The notes beneath the pieces were generated by a model, which saw nothing but the letters and a program-made list of their open reading frames with translations, searched no databases and had not been told where the DNA came from. From NCBI RefSeq assembly GCF_001194135.2, contig NC_068989.1, forward strand, positions 69,805,073 to 69,869,072: a stretch of 64,000 nucleotides of DNA, given 5' to 3'. The position numbers and the translations under genes were made by a program. The stretch is from Octopus bimaculoides (taxonomy: Eukaryota). This document shows, one piece after another, positions 1 to 13,776 of this stretch (position 1 is the first letter of the stretch; every line of letters begins with the position of its first letter).

Positions 1-423
1 GTAGAAGACTACCCCTGGCTAAAATATCTGTGTTGGCAGGGTTTTTACGGCTGGATGCCCTTTCTAACATCAATCACCCCACAGAGTGGACTCATTTTTT
101 ACGTGGCACTAGCACAGGCAAAGTCAATTTTTGTAGATTTTTACAGCTGGATGCCCTTCCAAATGCCAACCACTTTACAGTGTGGACTGGATGCTCTTTA
201 CATACCACTAGCACTAGCAGAGTCACCAAGTAACTTGCAAGACATGAAATTCTGAGAGGGGTGGGGATATTGGAGGAGAAGCTCTTGTGTCAGATGATAA
301 AAGTTTAGAGTATGACAAAGAGATAGGAAGGTAGAAACGGGTGTTTTACTATGAAGGAGGAGGCATTGGAAGAGGTGATCTTGTGTGTGTGTGTATATAT
401 GTATATATACATACAAACACTTA

Positions 424-715
424 GCTGTGAGGGTGCATGGCCTAGTGGTTAAGGTGTTGCACTCATCATCACTAGGTCATGGGTTCCATTACCAGACTGA
501 GTGGTACATTGTGTTCTTGGGCAAAATACACATTGCTCCAATCCACTCAACTGTAAATCGGTAACCCTGTGACAGACTAGCCTTCTGATCACAGAGAATG
601 TTGGCCTGCTCTCCTAGCTAGTGGGCTGGCATCATTCAAAAGCTAAAGTAATGTAAAGCGCATTGTGACTAGCGATGTATAACTATATCCAATAATCTGG
701 TTGATCACGTGATAT
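424..715 (+). mobile_element. tRNA-derived SINE family V (head gcatggcctagtggttaaggtg; core tgctcca.tccactca.ctg.aaat)
   Basis: A-box- and B-box-like head. Related copies at about 14005-14300 (+) and 25905-26040 (-, head only). Confidence 0.65.
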
Positions 716-1814
716 ACTTATCTGGTAAATGAATCCACTGCATTAAAACTGTGATTATCTGTCAAATACAGTTTGGTTGGGTTAGGGTTTGTCATGAATA
801 CAACTCAACATTTTCAGCTTGCTGAGATTATTTAGATGTGGTTTATATAAAATATTTTTAGTACAATTGTACTTACATTACATTATTGGAGAGCATAAGG
901 CAGAACTATGTAGTAACTTTGCAGGGGGGTTTTTTTTTTTTTCTGTAGGAAAATTTCAAAGTTTTTTTACTAAAGCATGTATCACAAATAATTTTACTAA
1001 AATAAGCTGCTAAAATCTGATAATCTGGTATTTAAACTGATGGAAAGCAAAACTCAGGGTCATTTATAATGGTTCAGGAAAACCAAAATTTTCAAATGCT
1101 TTTTCTATTTTCTACTCACAATGTAAATTTTGTTCTATCTGGGCCTTAGAGTTTTTGCTTGGGAGGGTTAAAACAATACGAAGGAAGTTAATTTGAGTAT
1201 CTAGGGGGGGTTTTTTTTTCTGTTTGTTATATGTAGAGTATTTGCAGTTATCTATAATGATATAATCTTTGTATTTAAGGACTTCTTGCTAAATCCTTTA
1301 GATTATGTATAATTATATCATCTAAAAGGAGCTATATCATTCTTTTATAATGAGATTATATTAGATTTGTAATGGCAGTGTGGTTGAATAATCAAGAGGT
1401 CCAGGGTTCAATTTTATTCCATGATATCTTAGACAAATGCCATTTTCTATAGCTTTAGGTTGTCTCATGCTTTGTAAATAAATTGGGTATATATGGAAAC
1501 TGTATAGAAGCCCAGAATTGGATTGTACCTATAATTCAAAAGATACAGCCTTGTCATACTCATACTGATTTTGCCTGAGAATCACATCAAGGGTATGCTT
1601 GTTTGAGGAATGCTTATCCACTTAGATATTCATTCAAGAACAGATAATTCAGTTGATTGGACAACTAAATTCTTGTCATCTAGTGACGGAGATCCACCGC
1701 TGCCATATTAAATTTAAAATAGACTTTAAAATAAATTTGGGTTAAAATTAGGATTCATAAGAAAAAACATTGTAATAAATTTTCCTACTTTTCTTAAAAT
1801 TTGTTCTGATTTTC

Positions 1815-1851
<37 letters not shown>

Positions 1852-4657
1852 TGGTGTGAACCTCATCAATGTTTTCAGATGTTTAGCAATATCATTTAAG
1901 CTTAATTTGTTGTGGCTGAGAGCATTAGTTGGTCAGGCGCATGAATTAAAATTACAAACCATTTTTTTTTTTTTTAATGATTTGATGATGTGTTTCATGT
2001 CTAAGAATTATTATGGTGGGTAGTCTCAGTAATTGTGGAGGTAAACATAGTAGTTTTAATTAGGTACACTTTTCTACACTCTGCTTTGCTTCTTTTCAAC
2101 ATTGTGTTTATAATTACAATGCTAGAACTAAGAAATGAATATCTACTACCATTACATGAACAAAGAGAAAACACTAAAGAACTGAGAATAAAGCTTATTA
2201 TATGCTAATTTTCATTTCTACTTTATTAGTCTTATAAATAATGTTAATTTGTGTGCATTAGCTATCGCTGTAGTGCATTGTGACAGTCAGGATTGTATGA
2301 ATACAGAGCTCAAAAATGGATGGTTGATGGAAATTAGATGGATGTTGTTATTTAACCCCAGGCTGGTTCTGAGTGAGCAATCTTGTCACCAAAGGCATTC
2401 TTGTGTGTATCATGTTTTTAGGAAAAAAGAAAAGGAGAGAGAGTTGGGATGGTGTCCAGGATTATGTGAGCCAATATGTTCTCGTCTAACATAATGTGAT
2501 TTGATGGATAATCAATCAACTACTATTTCTTGTGAATGACTCATTGACTCATGGAAATTAGGTTGGTAGCTTTGGTAGTTATAATAGTTTTGTGTGGAGG
2601 TATAAAATTTAGAATATTTAGGAAAGGTGAAAATTGGTGTGAAAGTTCTGACTTGCCTCAAGTACATTTGTATTAATATTCAAAATGAAATTGAACTGAA
2701 GTAAAGCTGCCCCACTGGTATTATTGCTATAGTCTTAACTACTGAAGAATTGTGCTGATGTATATTTTCACTGTGATGGCAGAATAGCTAGAGCTTCAAG
2801 GAAGAATGCTTTGTGGTATTGAGTCTGGTTCTTTACATTCTGAGTTCAAATCCTGCTATGGTTTAACTCATCCTTTCATCCATCTGCAGTTAAGTGCTAG
2901 AGTCAATGGTTTCAACCAAATCCCTTCCTATGAAACTGCTGGCTTTGTGCTTAAATCAGAAAACAATTATTACCATTTAAGGAATATGCTCGTTATGATT
3001 TACATATTTGTGTTTATATATTTGTGGAAATACATATACATCATGATTATTCGTATCTTAACATCCCCTTTTCCATGCTTGCACGGATCAGACAGAATTC
3101 ATTTAAGAAATTTTTTTTTGTTTGATCCCTTTCTTGTCACCAACCCTCACTTGTTTTCAAGTAAGGTAAATATTCTCCCATGAGCAGACATGTTTTTACA
3201 AAAAATTAGAAATGGCAGACACTGCTTCAATGAGGCTGGTGCTTGTTTACAACTATCATACATACAGTGTCGAGACAAAGAGGCACACACACACACACAC
3301 ACACACAATGGGCTTCTTTCAGTTTCTGTCTACCAAACCCACTCACAAGTCCTAGGGTGGTTTGTGGGGCTGTAATAGTCACGACTTGCCAATGAAATTG
3401 AACCTGAAACCTTTTATTTGGGAAGCACACACACAGACAGTGTTGCACCTACATGTGCTTACATGAACACACACACATTCCTAATTCCTCAAGTAAATAC
3501 ATTGAAAATTCTAAGGTGTTTCATAAAATCATTTGTTTATTGTCAGTCTTCTAAGTTTTGATAGCTGTCCAGTTGGCTATTATAATGCTACTCCTATGGA
3601 CATATGATCTAATTGTACTTTAAGTACATTTCTCTTTCTTTTTTATGTGTGTTTTTAAGTTTTTTCTTGTTTTACTTAGTTTGTGAGTTTTTTTTTTTTT
3701 ACTTCGTCATTGTTTTTCCTCTTCATACATTTATTTTCCATTTATTTCCCTGTAATTTTATTTTAACATTAGTTCCACTACTGTTACTACTACTACTACT
3801 ATTATTATTATTATTATTATTTTATTATTCTTTTTGCCAACTTAAAAAAAAACTGACATATATTCAGATACATATTCACACACTGCAGGCATACTTTGAC
3901 ATAAACACATAAATACACACATTCTTATACCCCTGTGTGGCACGTGCTACCCCCCCACACACACACACAAACTCAAGAACATGCTGGCTAACACAATCAA
4001 TGCCTCTACAAGCTGTACATTTTTTTCTTAGGAACATTAGTTTCATCACACATCTGAATGTTTTTCCATTTGTCCTGATATCAACTGTAAGTTAAGGTTT
4101 TCTTTGAACTTTTCCTTTGGATTAATTGGACAGCCTTATATTCTACCTTTTATCAATTAGCCGACTTCTTTTTAAAATTTTTATTCATTTTTGTTTACTT
4201 AATATATCTCTTACCATATTTCTCATTCTTCATTTGTTTCGTTAAGTCAAATTCTGAACACAAAGATTATGTATTTGTTTCTGTTGTTTTAAATTCTAAC
4301 ATATACTCATGGCTTATTCCTAATTTTCTATACACCAGCTCTTTGTACATTTTTTTCATTTGTAATTTGAGTTTCTTTGTCTAAAAAAGGTTCCTTTTTT
4401 TTTTTCTACTACTTTTGATGTATTCCAACATGGACATTTATGGTACAAGATTTTTAGTTGAATACCATTTCTCATCATGGTGTTTGTCTTCACAAGCTTT
4501 ATTTCCGATAGGCTTTCCTATTTGACAATGAAACTCTGTGCAGTTGTATTGTTTGAAATTAATAAATGTGAAATATGCAACCTGTAGTCATTTAAAAAAT
4601 ATGAAATTTCAAACTCTTAGTCATGTATATAATATGCAATATCAATACAACTCATAC

Positions 4658-4696
<39 letters not shown>

Positions 4697-4820
4697 GTTA
4701 TTGTACTTGCTTTTGTATTAGTTTTTCCTGATTTTAGTCAAACATTGTTTGTTTATTGTTCTAATTTTTCAGAATACTTCTCCCCTGCCACCCTTATCAC
4801 CACCACCACCATACTATCTC

Positions 4821-4901
4821 TCTCTTTTGTTCCTCTACCTCTTATTCTTCTTCCTTCTCTTTTCTCTTTTGCTCCTCTACCTCTCATTCTTCTTCCTTCT
4901 C
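4821..4901. repeat. 42-bp polypyrimidine direct repeat, two copies
   Basis: tctcttttg(t/c)tcctctacctct(t/c)attcttcttccttctc at 4821 and about 4863. Confidence 0.85.
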
Positions 4902-5433
4902 CTCTCTGCTCCTCCTTTCTCTTCTCAGTTTGAAATTCCTTTTGCTATTCTTAGGAATGGAAAAAGAACTAATACCTCTTCCTGACCAGTTGGCATGTAT
5001 TGATTGAACACAGAACAATTTGCAAAAACAATGACCCCTAAGAAAACACTTATTGTTCTTAGATTTTCTCTAATGGTCAACAAGAATTCTTTTCGCATAG
5101 GACAATTTATTTTGTGATCTAGAACTTGGATAAAAATGAAACTGCTTCCGCTATCGTTGTTTGCTCTTTCTGCAAGTTAAAATCTTCAAGACCTCAATGT
5201 TTCCTATTTCTGTCTGTCAACTTTATATGGATGATTGGTTTGGAACAAACTTAGTGAATGTCCTTTATGTGTCAATGAGAAATAACATTATAGGAATAAC
5301 ATTACCAAAATAATTCTAACTAAACATGTAGCACATCCATTTCAAGATTATTTACTCACATGTTATAGTAATTAATTGGGGGGGAAAGCAAAAAAGGGGA
5401 ACCAATCCACACGGAGATTTCTTTATTATTACA

Positions 5434-5565
5434 ATGGTGAGAGATAGACGGATCTATATAAAAGAACCTATCCCAACTGTGAGCTTGAATGTGGATTTTA
5501 ACTGGAAGAAGAAAGCTGAAGTGAAGTTAGGGATATGGCGAACATCAAAACGGCAATATTTAGAG
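5434..5565 (+). CDS. Candidate first coding exon of the TRPM gene: MVRDRRIYIKEPIPTVSLNVDFNWKKKAEVKLGIWRTSKRQYLE
   Basis: ATG in strong Kozak context (acaATGg), 44 open codons, ending GAG|GTATGG in phase 0 as exon 25620 requires. Non-repetitive with several CpGs. No recognisable homology. Confidence 0.42.
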
Positions 5566-6904
5566 GTATGGACAATGTGACCTTTATATAACAGCACATG
5601 CATGCACATAGATTTATTTCAAATGTGCACAAAAGTAAAAAAAAAAAAAAAGAATAACACATTATTAAAGAAAAGTAGATCTGTTTTGTGGAAGAGAGTG
5701 CATGCGTGTGTATATGTTTGTATGTCTGTATATATGCTCACTTATACACACTAAAATCCAGAAGCACACGAGTTTAATGCATACTTTTACACTAGTGTGC
5801 ATGCTCAGTTCGTCTCTTGAAATTAATTCCCTTTTTCTCCTTTTATTTTTTTTTAATGCATATTTTCTCCTATTTTTTTTTATTTTATGGCAGCTTTCTT
5901 AATATTTCACTTCTTATCATGATGGAATATATATGCATGTATTTATTTAATTATATATGATTATATTAGTTTGGATTCAATATTGNNNNNNNNNNNNNNN
6001 NNNNNNNNNNNNNNNNNNNNNNNNNNNNNNNNNNNNNNNNNNNNNNNNNNNNNNNNNNNNNNNNNNNNNNNNNNNNNNNNNNNNNNNNNNNNNNNNNNNN
6101 NNNNNNNNNNNNNNNNNNNNNNNNNNNNNNNNNNNNNNNNNNNNNNNNNNNNNNNNNNNNNNNNNNNNNNNNNNNNNNNNNNNNNNNNNNNNNNNNTAGG
6201 TGTATGTACATGTGTATGTATATATATATATGTATAGGTATATGTACATGTGTATGTATATATATATATATATGTATAGGTGTATGTACATGTGTATATA
6301 TATATATACACACATTTTTTGTTTTTCTTGCATAATGTTTTTTTTTTAGTTACCCAGTGACAATATTCGCGCATACACACAGTGTTGTGCATATACCTTG
6401 CACAGCATTTTCTATTAATATAGAAGCTTGTTGTTTTATCGCACAGCAAAAGTGAGAAAAATTATTGAACATCACAAGGCATTTGCACTAAATATTCCAG
6501 ATAGCAATATTCCCTCATCCCAATTTAGACTAATCTGCTCGCCTCCGTTGCGCAACATAACACACACACACACGCATGCACTTTTGCATACATTTATTCA
6601 TGCTATTTACATACAGGTGCTAAAACAAAGCTAGAAATATTTTCAATAAAATATGAGGAGAAACTAATTGATAAACTTTTGTAAATAATGAAAATAGTGA
6701 TTTTGTTTTGAAGACTCATTTCTTGTGTTTCTCTGAATAAATATGTCTCACATGCTTAACTAATATTGAACTTCAGCTAATAATTTATTATTGTTTATCT
6801 GTACTTGATTGTCTGAACTGTAAAAATAATGTTTTCCTTTTGGTATTTATGTCTAATTCACTATTGTTTCCCTCCCTGCAACACACACATATCTATAGAT
6901 GCCC

Positions 6905-7275
6905 ACTTGGCTGTGTGGTGAGAAGTTTGCATTCCAACCACATGGTTCTGGGTTCAGTCTCACTGAATGACACCTTAGACAAGTATCTTCTACTACAGCT
7001 TTGGGCTGGCCAAAGCCTTCCAAGTGGATTTGGTAGACAGAAACTTAAAGAACCTTGTCACACCCATATATAAGGTGTGTGTTTACCCACACCCACCACT
7101 TGACAACCAGTGTTGGTGTGTTTACATCCCCACAACTTAGGGGTTCGGCATAAGAGATCGATAGAATAAGTTCCAGGCTCAAAAAAATATTGGGATTGAT
7201 TCATTTGACTAAAAATCCTTTCAAGGTGGTGCCCCAGCATGGTTTCTGTCTAATGACTGAAACAAGTAAAAGATA
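6905..7275 (+). mobile_element. tRNA-derived SINE, head/core H with tail A
   Basis: tRNA-like head (gtgtggt..gaag...gggttcagtc), core ccttRgRcaagtgtcttctactatag...gtggatttggtagacRgaaact, microsatellite, tail ending gactgaaacaagtaaaaga. Other copies at 14625-14975, 15445-15815, 54376-55050 (+); 19195-19520, 51700-52010 (-); internally deleted copy at 12194-12415. Confidence 0.8.
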
Positions 7276-8210
7276 TACACATTAATGTATTCATCATCCC
7301 TTTGCTATTATTATATCACAAACAATACATAACTGCAGCTCACCCCAACCCTAATCACATTTAGTTATATACATGTTAATATGCCTCACTACTTGGGTTT
7401 TTTTTTTCTTTATTCTAATTTATTTTCTTTAATGTAATGTTTTGTATGTGTGTATACATATGTGTGTGTGTGTGTGTATATATTTATATTTATATATATT
7501 AATATATATATATATATGTGCAAATAATATTAAACATAAAATTGATATATTTAGATATGAGGTTTGAGAGTTATGATAAATAAGCTACTCAATGACCCTT
7601 GCTTTGAGTTATATGTTGTGAACGATAACTTCCCTTATTTTATTAATGAATTGTGGGGTAATGTCTAATTTACATCTTATTATGTTTGACAAATACTATT
7701 TTTTGTTTTCTTTTTCCCTGGTTGAATGCTGACCAGTATGTTTCTTTTTAATGAATGCACATTTTTTTCCCCTTATGTAACATTACAATTGAATTAAGCA
7801 CATAGCATTGCATACATTGTCGAAATGTCCTTTTCTTTTTGCCTGACATTGTTTGAATGACTTTGCATCTGAGAAATAGCTATGATAATGATATTCCAAA
7901 TGAAAATTTTGCCTGCTTTCCTTCTTTCTCTTTTTCTTTGTTTCTTTCTTTCTTTCTTCCTCTCTCTTTCATGCACTTATAAATATGCTGCAATGGTTTA
8001 AATAATGTATTCTGTTATGTGTATTAGGCAAAGCCCATTGGTAGTTACTGCTAGATGTCCTAGTTTGAATAACTGCAAATGGATAACTGTTGCAAGAAAA
8101 CAAGTCCCAAAGAAATTACATTCTAGGAAGTCAGAGTTCTTGTTTAGCAAGGAACTTCAAAAGTCTCTTTTTGAATGCTAAGTGTTGGTGAACTACAAAT
8201 AATGAGTTGG

Positions 8211-8735
8211 CTAACCCTTTTTGAATCCAATATACCCGAAACTACCCTTAGTTCTGTTGTAGAAATCTTCACATTTTAAAATATTTGTATTGAAATTATA
8301 AACCTTCCTTCATATTTTTTTCATATAAGGATATTTTGCCAAGTTATGTTCCAAAGTCAAACTTAATTAGGCTTGAGTTAAGTATTTTACTAAATTTATT
8401 CAAAGTCTTAAATTATCTTCAAAATTATGGGTTGTTTATTTAATTAGAAATAGATTTGATGAGAAATATAATCATGAAAGGGGTTATGTGAGTTTGTGTG
8501 TGAGATTGCTTGTAGTGGCTTAACCTTTTTGATACCAACCTCTCTGGTTCTAAGATACAAATTTTCTGTTTTGAATGAGTCTTAATCAAAACCTCCCAGT
8601 AAAATTTCATGTTATTTATGTTCCAAGCACCAGCTTGATAATTGAAGGTATTTTACTAAATTCTTCATAATTTTTAGTATTGATTGAAACAGAAACTGTG
8701 TATTGTTAAAAGAAATCTGGTAATGAAAGGCTTAA
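8211..8735. mobile_element. Two adjacent copies of TTAA-flanked MITE family P2 (about 8211-8487 and 8520-8735)
   Basis: aaccc/ttttgatacc starts and gaaagg(g/c)tta ends. Other copies at 16984-17192, about 24020-24240, 44723-45560, 47373-47598 and 60372-61005. Confidence 0.7.
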
Positions 8736-9722
8736 GCTAGTAAATATAAGGATTTGAAGTAAGATAGATATAGAAACATTGTAAACTTGTTCAGTGAAAA
8801 ATAAACATGATTTTTATGGGAGGGGAAAAGGATAAATGAGATATTTTTGGCTTGCATTTTTGCCTTTAGTGCATTGGTCTTTAAATGGGAATCAAGAGTC
8901 CAGAGACTTTGTTTACTGGAAAGATAATAGCATTGACAGTTTAAGAAAATATTGCTATATTTCATGCTGACTGCAATTTCTAACTTTGATATGTTACCAT
9001 AAATAGTTGTATTATATTGAATCCATATCTGTCAGAAGCATTTTTATCAATCCCAAACAGATGAAATGCAAGTAGAGCTTGGCGTGATTGGAACTGAGAA
9101 TGTTGATGAACGAATCTAAATATACTGTTAGTTTTTTAGTCTGGTGCACTGTTTTATCTGCCATTCCACTAGTTTAATCACAAAATGCAAGATTTTTTCT
9201 CTCTTAATCTCCAGTTATATTGGTAAGTGTTCAAACAAAGAAAACTGACAAATGATTAAAGTTAATATTTGTTGTGCATATATCTGTAAGCATTTCTTGG
9301 AGGTCAATCATTAACACCATACATTTTCACTTCTTGTCTTTCACAACTCTGCCTTTTTACTATTATACACTGAACTCTATGTTACAATGTCTTGAATTAT
9401 AAAATAATTGATTCTTACACAGGTAACATCATTCTTCATCATTTTCCATTCAGTTTCTTGTGCTGGTATGGGTTGCATAGGCTTTTAGAGATCATATTTT
9501 ATTCCCAGATGTACTTCCTATCACCAACACTTTCTGTTGCCTCTTATGGCTCACAAGGATGATGTGCATCTATTCTGAAACCAAGATGCAGAAGCCTAAG
9601 ATTTTCAAGGGTGAGTGGGGTGGGGGTGGGGGGTTGAAATGATGTGGCATTTGTATTTCCCATAAAATGTCTCACCCAAAAAATAATTCCACACAATAAC
9701 AAACTGGTAAGTCAGTGTTACA

Positions 9723-9940
9723 TTAACCCTTTAGTATTTAAACCGCCCATATCTGGCCCAAATATCTGATCTGTTTTGTATTCAAACTGGTCAGATCTGG
9801 CTTCTCACACTTCCCCTACAATACCATATTAAAAATAAACAATTACATCGTTTAAATCTCAAAGCTATAGGATTAATTCAAAACAGTGTGAATGAATAAG
9901 CATTGCATTTGACAGAATAATCTGAATGCTAAAGGGTTAA
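9723..9940. mobile_element. TTAA-flanked piggyBac-like MITE, family P1
   Basis: TTAAccctttag...ctaaagggTTAA termini. Further copies at about 22550-22765, 27771-27998 and 44142-44365. Confidence 0.75.
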
Positions 9941-10499
9941 AGATTCACAGCAATGGTAGACTTGTCACAGTCCTTTGTTATCTCCTTCATGAAGTTCAGC
10001 TACTTGAGATTGATCTTCACCATTTCTTTACATGTCTCGATAGTTTTTCCCCTCTTGCTGATCCCTTCCACTTGAATGGCTTGCTACTTCTTTGCCCATT
10101 TAAGTCCCATATCCATATCAGTGGAACCTCTCTCTTTTTTACATTAAATCTGTTTTCTCTTCTATCCATTTCCTGTCTCAGCTTATTTCTTCCCCATTCT
10201 TCATGCACATTAATTAACCTTACATCAGAGCTTGCAAATTTTATTTAATTTTTTTATCCCCAGCCTTCACTGCCATTCAACACCCCACTTCATATACAAT
10301 CATCATATAATCTGCTCTTCACACAAACAAAAAAAAAAAGATTTTTTTGATATCAGCAGACATATAGTAGCTTGTAACTTTTATCAACTTATTCTCTATC
10401 TATTATGCTTTCAGAGCACCCACTTCAATACTAATTAAATCAGCTGTAGTTATCAACTACTTTTGAATAGCCTTCAATGCTTTTGAAGGTATTTGCTTA

Positions 10500-11020
10500 A
10501 TAGTTGTTCTTGCTTACGCATGAAGCATCTGTAACATATGAAGCTGACCTTCTCTGTCAGTTTGCCTGTGAATCTAATATGGTCATAGTTTACATTGAGC
10601 ACATTATAAAGAATTCCTTTTCATTCCTTTTCTATGTACTGAGCGTGGTCAATTCTCAGATGACAGTAAGGTTTCTCATCATTCCTGCAAACCCACATTT
10701 TTATCCTTGCTTAGTTTACTTTGATGCCGCCTGATTCTTGGTCTTGCTTCTACATTTGGAATTCTTTCTAAATCTTTGACTGATTCAATTTCAAGAACTA
10801 GACAGTCAGTATATAGGCATTCCCACAGAGATTTCAAGTTTTAATTCCACTCTTTGGTCTCAAGAACTACAAGAAACAAGACCGAACTGAGATGAGCCTC
10901 AATGGATATTTACCTGCATACTAAATTCTTCATAGCATTGATTACTTGTAGTATCTCTGTACACAGCATGCATGACTCTCACAAGTCATTCTTCTACACC
11001 TAGTTTCCTTGGTAAACCCC
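10500..11020 (-). mobile_element. Old, frameshifted RTE reverse transcriptase fragment
   Basis: Minus strand reads RKLGVEE*LVRVMHAVYRD...EEFSMQVNIH*GS, a decayed version of the RT segment at 37340-37636. Confidence 0.6.
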
Positions 11021-11529
11021 CCCCCCCNNNNNNNNNNNNNNNNNNNNNNNNNNNNNNNNNNNNNNNNNNNNNNNNNNNNNNNNNNNNNNNNNNNNNNNNN
11101 NNNNNNNNNNNNNNNNNNNNNNNNNNNNNNNNNNNNNNNNNNNNNNNNNNNNNNNNNNNNNNNNNNNNNNNNNNNNNNNNNNNNNNNNNNNNNNNNNNNN
11201 NNTTAGTTTAATGCGTTTCTAGTTACATTTTTTCTAAAACATCTCTGTTACCCTTGCAGCAGTTGATCCTATTACAAGAAAACCACTCATTGAGTATAAC
11301 AAATTGACTATGTGAGGGGAAAAGAACATGCTTTATTTCACTGGATATTTTCACCAGCTATCCATAATAGTTCAGTTGCATTCCTTGTCTTCATATTCTT
11401 AATTATTCTTTCAACCATATATCTGTCAATTTCAATAGTTGCTTCTTCTGTTAGGCTCCTTTGGGTAGTCACTCCATATCTTGGCTTATCACATGTTGAG
11501 TGATACATTCATTTTGTAACTGTCTTTCC

Positions 11530-12100
11530 TGTTTACTGGTAAGTCTTGTTGGTTCGTCTGTCCACCTGAGTGATAGGTAACCAGGTTGCTGACAGTTTCT
11601 CGAAGTTAGGTCATTTGCTCCAAGAGCTTCGATCCCTCTCAGTTGTGTCTACCATAACCATAACCACTGTGTGCATAAGCAAAGCCATCATGGTGTTACC
11701 AAGCACCATGTCCATTAATGTTATCCAGCTGTGATAATGAATTTTTTACCATCTCCTATCAAGGTAATCTGCAAGAAGATGTCATAGAAACAGTTCTTTC
11801 GCTCATATATCATTCCTTAATGTGGTACATATGCAGAGATCACTGTTATGTTGCCTATGAGCATCTAAGATTAATTATCTTGTCACAAACTCTGGCTACC
11901 TCAGTTACTTTATTTATTTGCCTGCCAGCAATGTACTTAGTCTATCAACATCAATGCTGTTGCTTACTGATGTCTCTCCCATGCAGAATCCAGAATGCTA
12001 GTTGAGCCATCTTACCTATGGCTGTTGCCTAACATCTCTGTTCAATACTATGAAGTGCAGTACTCATTCTGTGTACACTATGCTGCTAGGGGCCTCATTG
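11530..12100 (-). mobile_element. Highly decayed LINE-like remnant (possibly RTE/BovB-type C-terminus)
   Basis: Higher GC than background. Minus-strand fragments loosely resemble the post-RT region of RTE elements; frames are broken. Confidence 0.3.
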
Positions 12101-13362
12101 TAACATACTAATAATATTGTGTCAGTGGATCTCAATACTGAAGGATGGTTAATATATTTGTGAAACAAGAATGCAATATTTTAGTTTCTTCTTTGTGGTA
12201 AGAAGCTTGCATCCCAACCACATGGTCACCACTTGACAACCGGTATTGGTGTGTTTAGATTCCCGTAACTTAGCAGTTTGGTAAAAAGAGACTGATAGAA
12301 TATTAGACTCAAAAAGTAAGTTCTGGGGTCAATTTGATTGACTAAAATCATTCAAGGCAGTGCTTCAGCATGGTCGCAGTCAAATGACTGAAACAAGTAA
12401 AAGAATAAAGAATATAAAACATAACAATGACAAACCAACAAGAGAGGCTTTATCTTGTCACTCAATTTGTTAGAAATAGCAGCCAAATTTCTTCAAATTA
12501 CATCTGAAAGAAGAATACATTGGGCAGCATAGTCTTATATACATACATTAAAAAAAAAAAAAACGGTTGATCACTGTTAAATTAACCATCCTTGTTATAT
12601 TTAAATAGCAAAACAGATACTTTAGTAGCTGATATATTTCACATTGGTCAACTATGTTCAATATATTCATTGTGTGCATTCAGATTTTCCCTACAACTTT
12701 CATATGTTCTTTTCTTTTTATGGAAATTTGCTTCATGCTCTTTTTACTGGAATTTATTTTGAGCAGGAATTATATATGCATGCGCACACACTTACATATG
12801 CACAAAGTTTAATTTCCTTTATTTGAGAGTATTTTTGGGTAAAACAATTATTTTTATATTTTGTTAAGTAGTTATTTTTACATGTTCTTCGTTATCATAT
12901 TGGATTCAGCCATTTCTTTTTTATTTTTATCCTTTTTTTTTTTTTCCTCTAGTGATATAAAAACTGTATTTTAAAGCTACTTTATACGATTTTATATTCA
13001 TACTCAGTCAGTAATGATGTTGAGATAACAGTTGTTTGTGGTGGCTGAAAATTGGTAGTCATGCCTGGAGGCTATTTTCATTGATGTTTGTCACTAAAAG
13101 GCCGGTGATTTAACTGTATTAAAACTCTTAAAGTTGTTTGTTTCCAAATAAATCACATCGTTCCTGATCCAAAGTCGTTTCTTGTCCCAGACCATTTTTT
13201 TCCTAATTTTTGTTTTTTCTATTAGATTGTGATTTGCAAAACTATGTCTTTATTTATTACTACTCAGTTTCTCAGACCTTTTCTCTAACTTGGAATAGAA
13301 TGAATTGTATGAGATGTTGACTATGTTTAATGTTTTTCCTATTATTATTATTATTATTACTA

Positions 13363-13393
<31 letters not shown>

Positions 13394-13430
13394 TATTATT
13401 ATTATTATTATTATTACTATTATTATTATA

Positions 13431-13719
13431 GAAACAAAGCTCAGGTTTGGTCTTATTCTTGGTAGGATTTATGTGGGTAGCAGGTTTCTGCCTGTAACCT
13501 TAGGTATCCACACATTTTCAGCAATCTTTCAAGTGCTTAGAACCCTCCTGATAATCCTTGCTGTCTCTAAGAGGCAAAGTTTCTGTAGGAGCTCTACCGG
13601 ACATTCTATTTCAATCTTGTTTAGCCATTTGTCTATATCTTAGCTTATTGTTCCCAACACACCAATTATTATAGGCACAACCTTTACTGTTCCCATTCTC
13701 CAAATTCTTCCTAAATCAA

Positions 13720-13722
<3 letters not shown>
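13431..13722 (-). mobile_element. 3' end of an R4/Dong-like restriction-endonuclease non-LTR retrotransposon within a (TAA)n array
   Basis: Minus frame 13720-13529: GRIWRMGTVKVVPIIIGVLGTIS*DIDKWLNKIEIECPVELLQKLCLLETARIIRRVLST*. About 100 nt of 3' UTR follows. (TAT)n tracts lie on both sides (13339-13430, 13723-13774). Confidence 0.78.

Positions 13723-13774
<52 letters not shown>

Positions 13775-13776
<2 letters not shown>

Noticed and set aside
3613-4985. Long hydrophobic or low-complexity ORFs (poly-L, YIYI, HTHT, IIII), here and throughout the track
   Set aside because: Translations of (TAT)n, (AT)n, (AC)n and pyrimidine tracts, with no splice or homology support.
9060-9119. AG followed by DEMQVELGVIGTENVDERI* (possible terminal exon)
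   Set aside because: Fits only a phase-1 donor and would give a tiny peptide; no homology.
9609-9633. Four G-runs (potential G-quadruplex)
   Set aside because: A single short motif deep in an intron with no supporting context.
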